NCBI GenBank assembly: GCA_958009085.1
Contig: OY253685.1
Coordinates: 248,001-312,000 of the forward strand
Direction of reading: 5' to 3'
Source: Protoeuglena noctilucae
Taxonomy: Eukaryota
Length of the DNA: 64,000 bases
Shown: positions 37,483 through 48,932 of the stretch, piece by piece
Layout: every line of letters begins with the position of its first letter
Position numbering within the stretch: the first letter of the stretch is position 1
Notes under the pieces: model-generated
Database searches by the model: none
What the model was told of the DNA's origin: nothing
The model's input: the letters and a program-made list of their open reading frames with translations, nothing else
Made by a program: the position numbers and the translations under genes

Positions 37483-40400
37483 ATGTCCGATCTTCGCGTG
37501 GGATTCGTGGGCCTCGGCGCAATGGGCGCTGGGATGGCGCAGGTGCGGCTTGCACATGGCCCGCGAGCATCGAGGCTTGTCGTCGAGCGAACGCGCGCGA
37601 TCGGGATTTCCGCAGGTCCTGCTGCGAGCTGGTTTCGGCGTCCGCGGTTTCGACGTCTGGCCACCTGCCGTCGAGAAGTTCGCTGCGGCCGGGGGCGCAA
37701 CCGCGACGGACGTAAAATCGTGCGCGGCGGGCGCCGATGCGCTCGTCCTGATGGTCGTGAGTGCCGATCAGGCCGAGGACGTGTTGTTCGGCGAACAGCA
37801 CGCCGGCGCGTCGGCTCTGCCGCGCGGGTCCGTCGTCATCCTGTGTTCCACTGTCGCGCCTGAGGCCGCGCGCGCCCTGGCTGCCCGCCTGGCCGCGGAG
37901 GGGCTGGCCTTCGTGGACGCGCCCGTGTCGGGTGGAGTGGCACGCGCTGCCGATGGCGCCCTGACCATCATGGCGTCGGGCGACGAGCACGCGATGGCCA
38001 AGGCGAGCAGCTGCCCGTCAAGCGTACTGGGCCTGGAATGTTGCCTCCCTAGCTGCCCCCGTGCTGGCCTCAGCGCACGTGCACGTCCCATTTGCAGGCG
38101 CGCCCTCTGCTGGAGGCCATGACGCGCAACCGAGGGAAACTCTACACGGTCGCCGGTGGGCCCGGGGGTGGGTCAGCAGTCAAGATGGTCAACCAGGTGG
38201 GAGCGACGCGCTGCGTGCATCGCTACATACATGTCCCTGCCATGCACATGTCCCTCCGCTACCCTGCCCCCCCATACAGATGCCCACACCGAGACCGTGC
38301 CCCCCCATGCACAAGCCCACACGCCCTCACCCCTCGGCCTCACCGCAGCTCTTGGCGGGCGTGCACATCGTCGCGGCCGCTGAGGCCATGGCCCTGGGCG
38401 CCCGCATGGGCCTCAACACCCACCAGCTCTTCGACGTGATTGCCAACGCGGCTGGCGCCAGCTGGATGTTCTGCGATCGCGTGCCGAGGATGCTGGGAGG
38501 GGACGCCACGCTCGACGCGCCCAAGTGAGAGCCCTTGGTGGATAGAGACAGTGGTCCAGTCAGTCAGCATTGTGGGAGCGCATCACGTGACGTTGTCGAC
38601 TTGACCATGCCTGGTCCCAGGACACTCCATGTCTGCATTTGGCATGCTCTTTGGCATGGCTCCAAGCTTCCCTCTCTCCTCGCATCCCATCTCCACCTCA
38701 TCACCTCGCTTCCAGGTCTGCCCTGGACATCTTCGTCAAGGACCTCGGCATCGTGCTTTCCGAGGGAGCACGCTCAAAGTTCCCTTTACCCCTCTCCGCG
38801 GCCGCGCACCAGATGTTCCTCATGGGCTCTGCCATGGGAATGGGACGCAAGGACGACGCGGCAGTGGTGCGGTGCTACCCGGGTGCAGACGTGGCGGTGG
38901 GCGAGGGGCGCAAAGCCATCGTGCCTAACGAGGGAGCGGGCGGGGGCGGTGGTGGTGGCGAGGCAGGGGATGGTCTGCGGGAGTCGTACGGGAAAGAGGA
39001 GGTGAGGGCGTGTGTGATGAGGCTGGGCGGGCTGGTCATGACTGCGGTCATCTGACGTAAGCGTGAGACCTGAGCTGGTCGGCATTGGCAGGCCACGCCG
39101 TCTCAATAGCTGCTTTCTCACACCCTTGCATGGTCCTGTGGCGATGGCATCACCTGTCACCCTGCTTGTCCGACCCCGCAGATCCTCGGCCCCCTGCCGC
39201 CCCAACGGCCGCTCACCGCAGCGGAGGTGGACGAGTGCCAACGACTGGCGCGGCAGCGCTTCCTGGGTGAGGCTGTGTCCAACTACCCTCGTACCTCCAT
39301 GCGACGGTGGATGAATGTTGGTGGTTGAGTGTAGCCAAGCTCGTCTTGTTTTCCGTTGCAATCGTCTCCCTCGCACCTTGCCGCAGTGGTGCTGGATGAC
39401 GACCCCACGGGCACCCAGACCATGCACGGGGTGCGGGTGCTGCTGGCGTGGGACGTGCCGACTTTGGAGAGCACCATCCGCCACCTGCAGGCGAGAAGAG
39501 AGCCGTGCAGGGTGCTGCGGCGTGTATGAAAGAACATGGTTACTGTTATGAATAACAGTAGGTTGCATTCAAGTCACGCTCATCTGTTCCCATGGCAACG
39601 CATCAACACAACGCACCTACAGCGCATCTCACTCTGATCACGTGACCCTCATCCACCGCAGTTGGACCGTGACGCCATCCCCGGCTTCTTCGTCATGACC
39701 AACTCGCGTGCCCTGGGCGCCCCCGCCGCTTCCGCACTCATGCGCGAGGTCTGCACCAACCTGGCTGAGGCCGCACGCAACGCCGACGCCGCCGTGTCGA
39801 TCGTGCTGCGCAGCGACTCCACCCTGCGGGGGCACTTCCCGCTCGAGGTGAGGAGAGAGAGGTCGATAGAGTAGTACTAGATGTCGACTTTGACTCGACA
39901 GTGCCCAGTCACACGGATCATAGACTGTGCTATGGTGTGTCCAACACACAAGCTTCCACATCAAAACCCTCCCGTGTCGCAGAACGACGTCGCTGCGGAG
40001 TGCCTGGGCCCCTTCCACCGCTGGCTCCTCTGCCCCTTCTTCTACGCGGGGGGTCGCTTCACGGTCGACGGCGTGCACTACGTCGCCGAGGGGGACAGGC
40101 TCGTGCCCGCGGGCAAGACGCCGGTGAGAGCGATGAAGATAGACTCACATGTATCTGCTGCAGGGCATAATTGTACGCAAGCAGATGCTGCTATGCACTG
40201 ACATGTCCCCTACCACTGCCGTGTTTGTTGGCCACCGCCCCGCCCACCTGGCCGACCACAGCACGCAAAGGTACACCTCATGTCTCTCTGTTTTGCTCTG
40301 CAGTTTGCCAGGGACGAGGCCTTTGGCTACCGGTCCTCTCGCCTGGCTGAGTATGTGGAGGAGAAGACGGGGGGCCGGGTGAAGGCTGGGGACGTGGCAG

Positions 40401-43400
40401 TGGTGGGGCTGCGGGCAATTCGGGAGGGCGGGGTGCAGGCGGTGGAGGACATCGTGATGGGCATGAAGGAGGGGGCAGGTGAGGGATGAGTGGATGGGGT
40501 TCATGTGGGGTGTAGTGGGGATGGGAGTGCAATGTGGTGAGGGAAAGGCTGGGTGGGTGCGGCAGTAAGTGTGCGGTGCTGGCGAGGGTTGGGCTGCGTG
40601 CTGTGGTGGGTGCCAGTTGCCATGGCATCTCCCAGCTTCCATCCGTGCCCTCCTGGCATGGGCTGACTGACTTGCGACTGCAATGCTCTCCCTCACACGT
40701 CCCTTGCAGTCTGCGTGGTGGACGCCGCCGATGACTGCGACCTCCACGTGGTGTGCCTGGCGGTGCTCCGGGCCCAGGCGCGAGGCGTGCGGGTGCTGTG
40801 CCGCACCGCCGCATCCTTCGTCAGTGCCTGGCTGCTGCCGGGAGAGGGGCCCAGGGCGCCGCTGGGGCCGGAGGACCTGCCCCTGCCGAAGGTGAGAGGT
40901 GGTGGGGCATCGGGGTTGGTGGGGCGACAGTTAGGGGAATTTGTCGTCAATGGTAAACCACCACCACCACTTCACTCCACACTCAACCTCCTCCCTGTCT
41001 TCTCCCTCACTCTCAGATCCCGGCCCCCACCCCCGCGGGCCTCATCGTCTGCGGCAGCTACGTCCCACGCACCTCCGCACAGCTCGCGGCCCTCACCGAG
41101 CGCGTGGCCTCCGCCGGGCTGCCCGTGGAGCTCGTCTGGGTGTCCGCCGAGCTGCTGTGCAAAGAGACGGAGAACGCAGCGAGGCTCGGGGAGCTGCGGC
41201 GCGCGGCGGCGGCGGCGGACCGAGCGATGACCGAGGGCCGCACGGCTTTGGTGGCGACGTCAAGGGGCGTCGTGATGGGCGGAGGGGTCGACGGGGCCAT
41301 TGGGGTGCAGGGGCGCATCGCGGATGGGCTGGTGGAGGTGAGAGCGGAGAGGGTGGGGCTGGCAGAGGTATGCGGGTGGAGCAACAAGGGGCTTTGGTTA
41401 CTCAATGTCATAGTCTCTTCGTCTCCCCAGATCCTCCGCGCCGTTGCCACGCGCCCCGCCTTCCTCATCGCCAAGGGCGGCATCACCAGCGCCGACGCTG
41501 CCCGGCGCGCGATGGGCGCGCGGTCTGCGGCGGCGGCGGACCGAGCGATGACCGAGGGCCGCACGGCTTTGGTGGCGACGTCAAGGGGCGTCGTGATGGG
41601 CGGAGGGGTCGACGGGGCCATTGGGGTGCAGGGGCGCATCGCGGATGGGCTGGTGGAGGTGAGAGCGGAGAGGGTGGGGCTGGCAGAGGTATGCGGGTGG
41701 AGCAACAAGGGGCTTTGGTTACTCAATGTCATAGTCTCTTCGTCTCCCCAGATCCTCCGCGCCGTTGCCACGCGCCCCGCCTTCCTCATCGCCAAGGGCG
41801 GCATCACCAGCGCCGACGCTGCCCGGCGCGCGATGGGCGCGCGGTCTGCGGCAGTGGCGGGGCAGGCGGCCCCGGGCGTGCCCCTGTGGGTGCTGGACGA
41901 CGAGTGCCGCTTCCCTGGTGAGTCAATGCAAAGCGAGGCGTCTTAGCTAACGGCTGCATGTGAGGATGAATGCTAGGTGCACTGCAAGGCTTGGCACCCT
42001 CCCGTACCGTCCATCCACCCCTCCGCTCACCTCTCCATTCCCAGGGCTCCCATTCGTCGTTTTCCCCGGCAACGTCGGCTCAGAGGCCACCCTGGCTGAC
42101 GTCGTGCAGCGATGGGTCACAGGACACCGCACTTGGCCCGCAACCCTGGCAGGGCCTGGCGCCGCCCCCCAGGCATCTGCGCCCCTCGCTGCGCGGGAGG
42201 GGCTGCGTGCGATGCTGGAGCGGGCGCGCAAGGGCGGATACGCCATCGGGGCGTTCAACGTCTACGACGTCAACGGTGGCGCGGCTGTCATCGGAGCCGC
42301 CGAGGCGTGCCGCAGCCCCGCCATCGTGCAGGCGAGAGATAGAGACGTCGTAGTCTATCCGCACCCTTGCACTTATCGCAGCCATGCTCACTAAGCCACA
42401 ATGGCTCCCTGCCAACAGCCAACCGGTGGCCGTTGCGCTGTGCAGCTCGCCTCCTGGCCAATCACGTCCACGATTCATCCCCACTCACAGTCCTTCTTAC
42501 CCCCTCTTTGTATCCCAGGTCCACCCCGCGTCCCTCCACTCCCCCGGCGGCGGCCCTCCCCTCGTGTCAGCCCTGCGGCTCCTGGCCCGTCGCGCCACGG
42601 TGCCCATCGTCGTCCACATGGACCACATGGCCCCCGACGACTGGCCCAGCGCCCTCTCCTGCCTGGCCGACAGCGCCATGGTGGACGGGTCGCACCTGCC
42701 TTACGAGGCGAACGTGGCTGCAACACGTGCGGCAGTCGAGGGGTGCCGCGCGCGTGGGGTGGACGTCGAGGGAGAGCTGGGCCGCATCGCAGGCACGGAG
42801 GACGGCATGACCGTGGATGAGATGGAGGCGTGCATGACCGACCCCGCCCAGGCCGCGGCCTTTGCGCTGGCGACCGGGTGTGCGGCGCTGGCCGTATGCG
42901 TCGGCAACGCCCACGGACCCTACCCACCGGGCGGGGCGAGGATCGACCTGCAGCGCCTCGTCTCCATTTGTGCTGCCGTGGACGGGGTCGCGGGTAAGGG
43001 CACGGGGCTGTGTGAGATGCCAGGCCATCTGAGAGGCAGGGCTGCCCTGGGCGGGTCTGTTAGCTATCGCTTGCAGCGACGATGCATGGACGCTGAGGTG
43101 CGCTGATGCCCTCTGATACCCCTGTGCGCATCGACAATGATGACGCTGATGGCTCTCTGAGTTTCTGTCACTCCTACTTGCAGGTCCCTCGCGCCCCCGC
43201 CCCGAGATCGTGCTGCACGGGGCATCGGGCCTCGACCCCGACGTCGTGCGGGCGTGCGTAGCGGCGGGTGTGTCCAAATTCAACGTCAACACCGAGTGCC
43301 GCGCTGCGTACGTGGCGGCGATGCGCGAGTGCGGAGGGGACCTGACCGCGATGCTGGAAGCGGGACGAGAGGCGATGGGCCGGGTGGCGAGGGGGAAGAT

Positions 43401-43431
43401 GGGCTTGCTAGGGAGCGCGGGGAAGGCGTGA
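37483..43431 (+). CDS. Three-enzyme fusion: beta-hydroxyacid (LtnD-like) dehydrogenase + four-carbon acid sugar kinase (DUF1537/OtnK-like) + class II ketose-bisphosphate aldolase
   Basis: GFVGLGAMG, VDAPVSGG, KMVNQ|LLAG, DIFVKDLGIV; VVLDDDPTGTQT, TNSR, RSDSTLRGHF, IAKGGITS, VFPGNVG; YAIGAFNVY, VHMDH, EGELG, GNAHG, VLHGASG, KFNVNTE. Confidence 0.92.
41206..41852 (+). repeat. Perfect 321-bp tandem duplication inside the fusion gene (exon part + 93-nt intron + exon part)
   Basis: 41206-41526 is identical to 41527-41847, with GCGGC microhomology at the junctions. Confidence 0.97.
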
Positions 43432-43755
43432 GCGCGGGCTTGCGATGGGAGACGTTCAGCTTGAAGATACTCGACACGCTGCATGCTGCACGCGCTCCCT
43501 GCGACGCCAATGCGTCCGATGGCGATGCGCCCGTGCCGGATGGACGGTGCTTTGAGGTTACATGGAAACAAACGTGATCGACGCCAGCAAAACGGGAGGC
43601 TCTCGAGGGCCGGGCGGGCGCCTCCTGGGGTCGGTGCCGTGCGGCGCCAGGAGGGTCTCCCCCGGCGGCCGCCGCCGGGTCCCCCGGCCTTTTCCCGGCC
43701 CGCGGCTGCCGGCGGCCGGGTAGGGCATTCCGCGCCCGCGACTCGATCCGCGACC

Positions 43756-43759
43756 AAAA
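43756..43759 (-). terminator. Pol III oligo-T terminator of 5S copy 1
   Basis: TTTT on the minus strand immediately after helix I closes. Confidence 0.75.
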
Positions 43760-43760
43760 G

Positions 43761-43880
43761 GCAAGCGGACACTGGAGGTTCCAGAGTGGTCCCCCACCTC
43801 CGTACTGATCCAGCCCAACCGAGCTTGACTTCTGGGTTCTGATGGGACCAGGTACTTTCTCGGTGGTTTGATCCGCTCAC
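43761..43880 (-). rRNA. 5S: 5S rRNA gene, copy 1
   Basis: 120 nt, GTGAGCGGATCAAACC...CCCATCAGAAC..AAGTCAAGC..GGGC..AGTAC..GGGGGACC..GTCCGCTTGC; helix I GTGAGCGGA/TCCGCTTGC, II CCACCGAG/CTCGGTTGG, III ACCTGG/CCAGAAGT, and IV/V all pair. Confidence 0.93.
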
Positions 43881-44494
43881 GATGAGGAGAGGTCGATCTC
43901 GCGGTACAGTATCCGCCGACCTCCGTCCCTGCGCATGCGCGCGCAGATGGGCACAGCCGCAGCCGCGCGAGTCGCGATGCCACCCGGCGTCGCACCCGCC
44001 ATGACCCCCAGACGCATCGCCAGCCGACCCCGCAGGCAGTCGCGGGGCGGAGAGTCACGGGGCTGGCTAAATGCGGTGCGGCAGTGTGGGCATCCTCTGC
44101 GGCACTGGGCGCCGAGGCGGGAGCGGAGTCGATGGTGCAGTCGCAGAGGAGCACGAGAGCAGGAGCGCAAGGGCCCGATGGAGGCGCGCGCGGGCGGGGA
44201 TCGCCGAGGCTGCGGCACACGCGGGCGGCATGCTGCTACACCCGGCGCGGTCGGGATCGCGATGCCGCGAGGATACACGGCACGGAGATGGTCACGTGAT
44301 GTCATCAAAGCGACTGTACGCGGTCCTGGCGTGCGAATGGAGGACTGTGAGGTTCGCTTGCAAGTCAATCGGTCGTTTGCATCGCTGACCGCGACCCCAT
44401 GCGTCATCGGGATCCTGTTTCAGCCCAGACACCCTCGCTCTCCTGCAGGCTGCTCGCCATGCCTCATGCAGGCACCTGCACCAAGTCAAGCTGC

Positions 44495-47400
44495 TCACGC
44501 TTCGCCGCCCTCGCTGTCGCTGCTGATTATGATGACTACCTCGCTATCTGCCTTCTTTGCCGGCAAAACGCGCGCGCTCCCAGCGCCCTGCTCCTCCCTT
44601 GCCGAAGCCGCGGCCGTCGCAGCCCCACCACCGCCACTGCCATTGGGGGCCCGCGCCAACACCCTTTGGATGTCACCCATGACCTCTCCCCTTCCTGCAC
44701 CCCGTGCCCGGCCCGCCCCTCGCCCTTTGCCACGCCCCGCGCGGCCCCCCGCTCTGCCCCTGGCTCCCCCCGCCTTCCTCCTTTGCCCCTCCTCCCACGC
44801 AGCCCACAGGTCGGGACAAGCGGCAGCCAACAGCCGTCCCCGCACCACGCAGAGGTCCCGAGCCTGATGCAGTGTCAAGTACTCCCTGCAGGAAAGGACA
44901 CAGGGTTTCTCAAATACACAAAAGTGAGGTGGCAGCAATGCAGCACCCTCGCCATGCCCCATGCTTGCGTAAGCCGTCCACGCCACTCACTGCAAGGGGA
45001 CGACTGTGCTAGAACCGCCCTTGTCGCCCGCATCGCCCTTCCCCACGTCAGCGCCGTCGTTGCTTCCCGCCCCGCCCGCAAACTTCCCATCACTGTGCCC
45101 GCCCTCTCTCGGAGATGCGGCAGCCCCGCCCTTGGACCCCCGGCCCTTCGTCGCCCCTCCCTTTCCCGCGTTCTTGTGGAGCTCCGCCACGTCCACGCCA
45201 CCCGCGCCCGCCACTCCCTTCGCGAAGTCCACACGCATCACGCACTGGAACGCAAAGGGAGCCGGCGTATCCCCAGCTCCGCTCCCACGCCCCGCCTCCG
45301 GCGCAACTGCGGATGTGGACGCTCCGGCGGGCGCAGGGGTTGCGTGGTGCGACGCGAATACAGGCCGCAGGAAGGCATCGATCTGTCGCTGGGATGCGCC
45401 GACGTCGGCTTGTCGGGTCGCGGATGAGCCTGGCTGGGACCCTTCTCCGGCAGTAGCGGCGACGCGGCCGTCCGCAGGGCCACCGGCACCGTCCCCGCCA
45501 GCACCGCCAGCCTGGTCGTTGCGTGGCCGCCAACGGAGCGGCATGCGTGGCCTGCCGATGGCGGACGGGAAGATGGCGGCTCTGGACACGGCGGGCCACG
45601 GCTGGGGCCGCGCGGCGGCTGGCGCTCCTGGGAGAGCGCTGGGGTCTCTGCAAGACAAGGGGCGCAGAGGTCAAACATCGACACAGTAGCAGAACCCGCT
45701 GCAGGTAGAACCTGAGCATTCGCGGTGCCCCAGCGACCGACCGACGGCAAAGAGGCACGAGCCCGACTCGTCACGAGATGGTAACTGCTAATGCCGCAGC
45801 TGGCATGCGCGCGTCACCTGGCAAACGCCCGGGAGCGAAGCGTGTACTCAACCAAGATGGGCACGGCCTTGCGGAGGAGCTTGCTGTCGCTCAGATGGAA
45901 GGGGAAGGCATCGGAGAGGGCCGAGAGATTGGGGGCTCTCACCCACCCCTGCGGAGGGAAAACAAAGGCGGCGTAACGCACCATCTCACGTTGCTATGCC
46001 ACTGTGGCTTTGCAAGCCCGAAACAGTGCCGGCCAGCGACTCCACCGCAAAGACGCACCAGGGATCTGCTTGCCAGGCGCTCCACGGCCGCCCTGGCCGC
46101 CCGCCTCTCTGCCAGAAACGCCTCAGCCGCTGCCAGGAGCGTCTCCACGCACGCAGGCGGGGCACTCGGCGCAGCAGGCGCACGAGCGCTGCTCCCGTGA
46201 TCCCCAGCTGCCCCAGCACCGTCCTTGGCTGTGACAGCCGGGGCCTGGCTCGGACCGGCGCCGCTGCCCTTCCTTGCGAACATGAAGTCCGGCATCTCTG
46301 CACCGCCCATGGCGACGCGCTGGCCAGCGACAGAAGAAGCCACGATCTCCACCGTGTCTGACTCCTGGGACGCAGGGAGATAGGATTGCGTCGGCTTGCA
46401 TTGCGCACGCGGCGGAGCGTGTGTCACCCGACGAGCTGGGGGTGACACTGCCACAGGCATGAGCGTAAATGGTCATGAGATCTGTGGGCATCATTGTAAC
46501 AATAACACTTCGCGTCCCTCTCCGCACCTGACGGCTCTCCTCACGCACGGGCTTCCCCTTGCCGGGACCAGGCGACGACCCCAGGAGCTCCTCACTGACA
46601 CCCCGTGGGACCATCTCTGCTGCCTCCCCGCCCTTCTCCTTGCCCTTCCCTGCCCGGGACTGCGACGTCTGCCCCCACACCCGCGCCACGACGCGGTGCA
46701 GGATGGGTCGGTCCGGGTCGACACAAAAGTCGCACTCGCATGTTGCTTCCGACGCGTCTGCGTCTTTCGCATTTCTCGATGCGTTTGCTGGGTGGGACGG
46801 GTCCGAGCGGTCCAGGCACCCCCGGTCCGTGCCGCACTGGGCACAGGGCCGTGCCCGCTGGTGCTGCTGAATGCGGCCCTTGAACCCCGCAGGCCGGGCG
46901 TCATGGCCGCACTTGCGGCACCCGGTGCAGGCGGTGGCGGGGGCGTCAGGAGACGGGCCTGCCCGCAGCAGGGACGTCAGCCCCTGCGGACGGATCGCAG
47001 ATAGGGAGTGCAAGACGGCTCAGTGTTTGAAACCACGCTCGACCGCCGAATGGAATGTCAGGACCCTCGAGCCATAGCCCACGCCTAATACGCACAGCAC
47101 CCACCGTCAGGACCCCACCGTCTCTTTGCTCGCCACGGCTCCTGGCCAGCGCCCCCAAAGCCCGGAACGCCTCCTCTGGACCAACGCCCTTGCCTCCCTT
47201 CTTGTCAAAGTCGTTGCCACACAGCACCGCAAGCGCCACGGCCGCGTCAGGTCCCTCGGATTCTGGCAGACCCAGGGCCTGACACAGGCGGGGGAGACGG
47301 AAAAGGGAGGCGCGGGTGTCGCAGGGCCTGGGGGAGGAGGCAGGCGTGCGGCGGGGTGGGTGAGCGTGATGGGTCACCGGTGGTATGGGACCATGCGAGT

Positions 47401-48435
47401 ATGAGAGGGCGTTAACAGCAGTCCAGCTGAGGAAAGTTATGGCACATGCCGTTGCAGTTGCGGGCTCTCACTCGCAGGGATGCAAGTCCAGCGAGCGGAT
47501 GACCATCCCCGCCCCGTACGCCAGGACGTCCCCATCGGCCGTGACGGCGCAGTCCACAAGCCCCGACGCGCACTGCGGGAGGAGAACTCACAGGACGCTG
47601 TCTTCTCTGCGGTAGTAGTACTGAAGCATGGGACATCGCACCAAGTCATGCCCAGCCTCGGGCCCGACCCTTGCCTCCAGTGCCCCTGTGCACCTCGCAG
47701 TAACCCTCGCCACTCACCATCGCCCCGCACATGGCCTCTGCTTCCCCCGGGGCATCGACCCAGGACAGCCCCAGGGCATTGAAGAGGCGCTGGAGGGCCA
47801 CGGCCGATGCCGACGTGCGGGCGAAGGAGCGGGCGGGGACGCCTTTGGACTCGACGCCCTGCGAAGAGCCGAGACACGTTTGTTGCAGGGCAGGGAAGCC
47901 CAGCAGCTGCGCGCTGCGGGACGGGCACCCACACGCGTGCATCGCTGCTGCCTGTGCATGCACCTTGCGCTGCAGCACCGTGTTGGTCTTGGCCGCCGGG
48001 GTCGGTCCATCGAAGACGAGGACAGGCGTCATGCCGTATCGGACCATGCTGGACACGCGCGCGATGGCCGTGTTCACCACGGCGTGCACGAGCTGCGTTG
48101 CGTCCAAGTCGGGACGAGCTGCCATGGCCTCGAAGATCCACACGGACGCGTCGACCGCCGCCACTTTCCCCTCCAACTCCTCCGCGAGTTGCGCGTGCCC
48201 TGCCGCGGTCGCCCCAGTGAGGTCCTGCGGAGGCAATTCAACCGGCAGGCTGACAACCGGCGAGGCGCGGACGCAAAGCAGCGTTCTGATGGCCTTACGC
48301 ATCGGATAGCATAGTTGGCATCGCAATGAGCAGGATCGAGTCAGTAACATCGCAGCCGGGTGTTTCGCCGCGCCGGGCACCCACCTCAAGGAGCCCACGG
48401 TGGGACAGCGCCCGCCACAAGCCGCGCACGCCCAT
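44495..48435 (-). CDS. GEN1: GEN1-type Holliday junction resolvase (XPG/Rad2 family)
   Basis: MGVRGLW, AVDAS, VFDG, GEAEAMC, TADGDV, LCGNDF..GVG (H3TH); GEN1-type Cys insert CRKCGH..H..CAQC..GC..CECDFC; PIP-like QRQIDAFL; 3' end approximate. Confidence 0.88.
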
Positions 48436-48807
48436 CTCTTGCTGATGATCATCCGCACGCAACGCAAAGAGGTAGAATTGCAACACGAGACTGCCGAGAA
48501 GCGCTACCTAGGTGCCGACAAGCACCATGGTCCCACGTCACGCGCGCTCCCTGCAATGCCAATGCGTCCGATGGCGATGCGCCCGTGCCGGATGGACGGT
48601 GCTTTGAGGTTACATGGAAACAAACGTGATCGACGCCAGCAAAACGGGAGGCTCTCGAGGGCCGGGCGGGCGCCTCCTGGGGTCGGTGCCGTGCGGCGCC
48701 AGGAGGGTCTCCCCCGGCGGCCGCCGCCGGGTCCCCCGGCCTTTTCCCGGCCCGCGGCTGCCGGCGGCCGGGTAGGGCATTCCGCGCCCGCGACTCGATC
48801 CGCGACC

Positions 48808-48811
48808 AAAA
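48808..48811 (-). terminator. Pol III oligo-T terminator of 5S copy 2
   Basis: TTTT on the minus strand directly after the 5S 3' end. Confidence 0.75.
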
Positions 48812-48812
48812 G

Positions 48813-48932
48813 GCAAGCGGACACTGGAGGTTCCAGAGTGGTCCCCCACCTCCGTACTGATCCAGCCCAACCGAGCTTGACTTCTGGGTTCTGATGGGAC
48901 CAGGTACTTTCTCGGTGGTTTGATCCGCTCAC
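48813..48932 (-). rRNA. 5S: 5S rRNA gene, copy 2 (identical to copy 1)
   Basis: Base-for-base identical to 43761-43880. Confidence 0.93.

Larger units (their letters stand above)
43491..44267. repeat. 5S-containing direct repeat, copy 1
   Basis: Aligns to 48543-49309 (offset 5052); identical over ~43506-44025, diverged with indels distally. Confidence 0.96.

Noticed and set aside
43137..43160. Intronic C/D snoRNA (ATGATGA...CTGA)
   Set aside because: The boxes span only ~23 nt, too short for a snoRNA, and there is no terminal stem.
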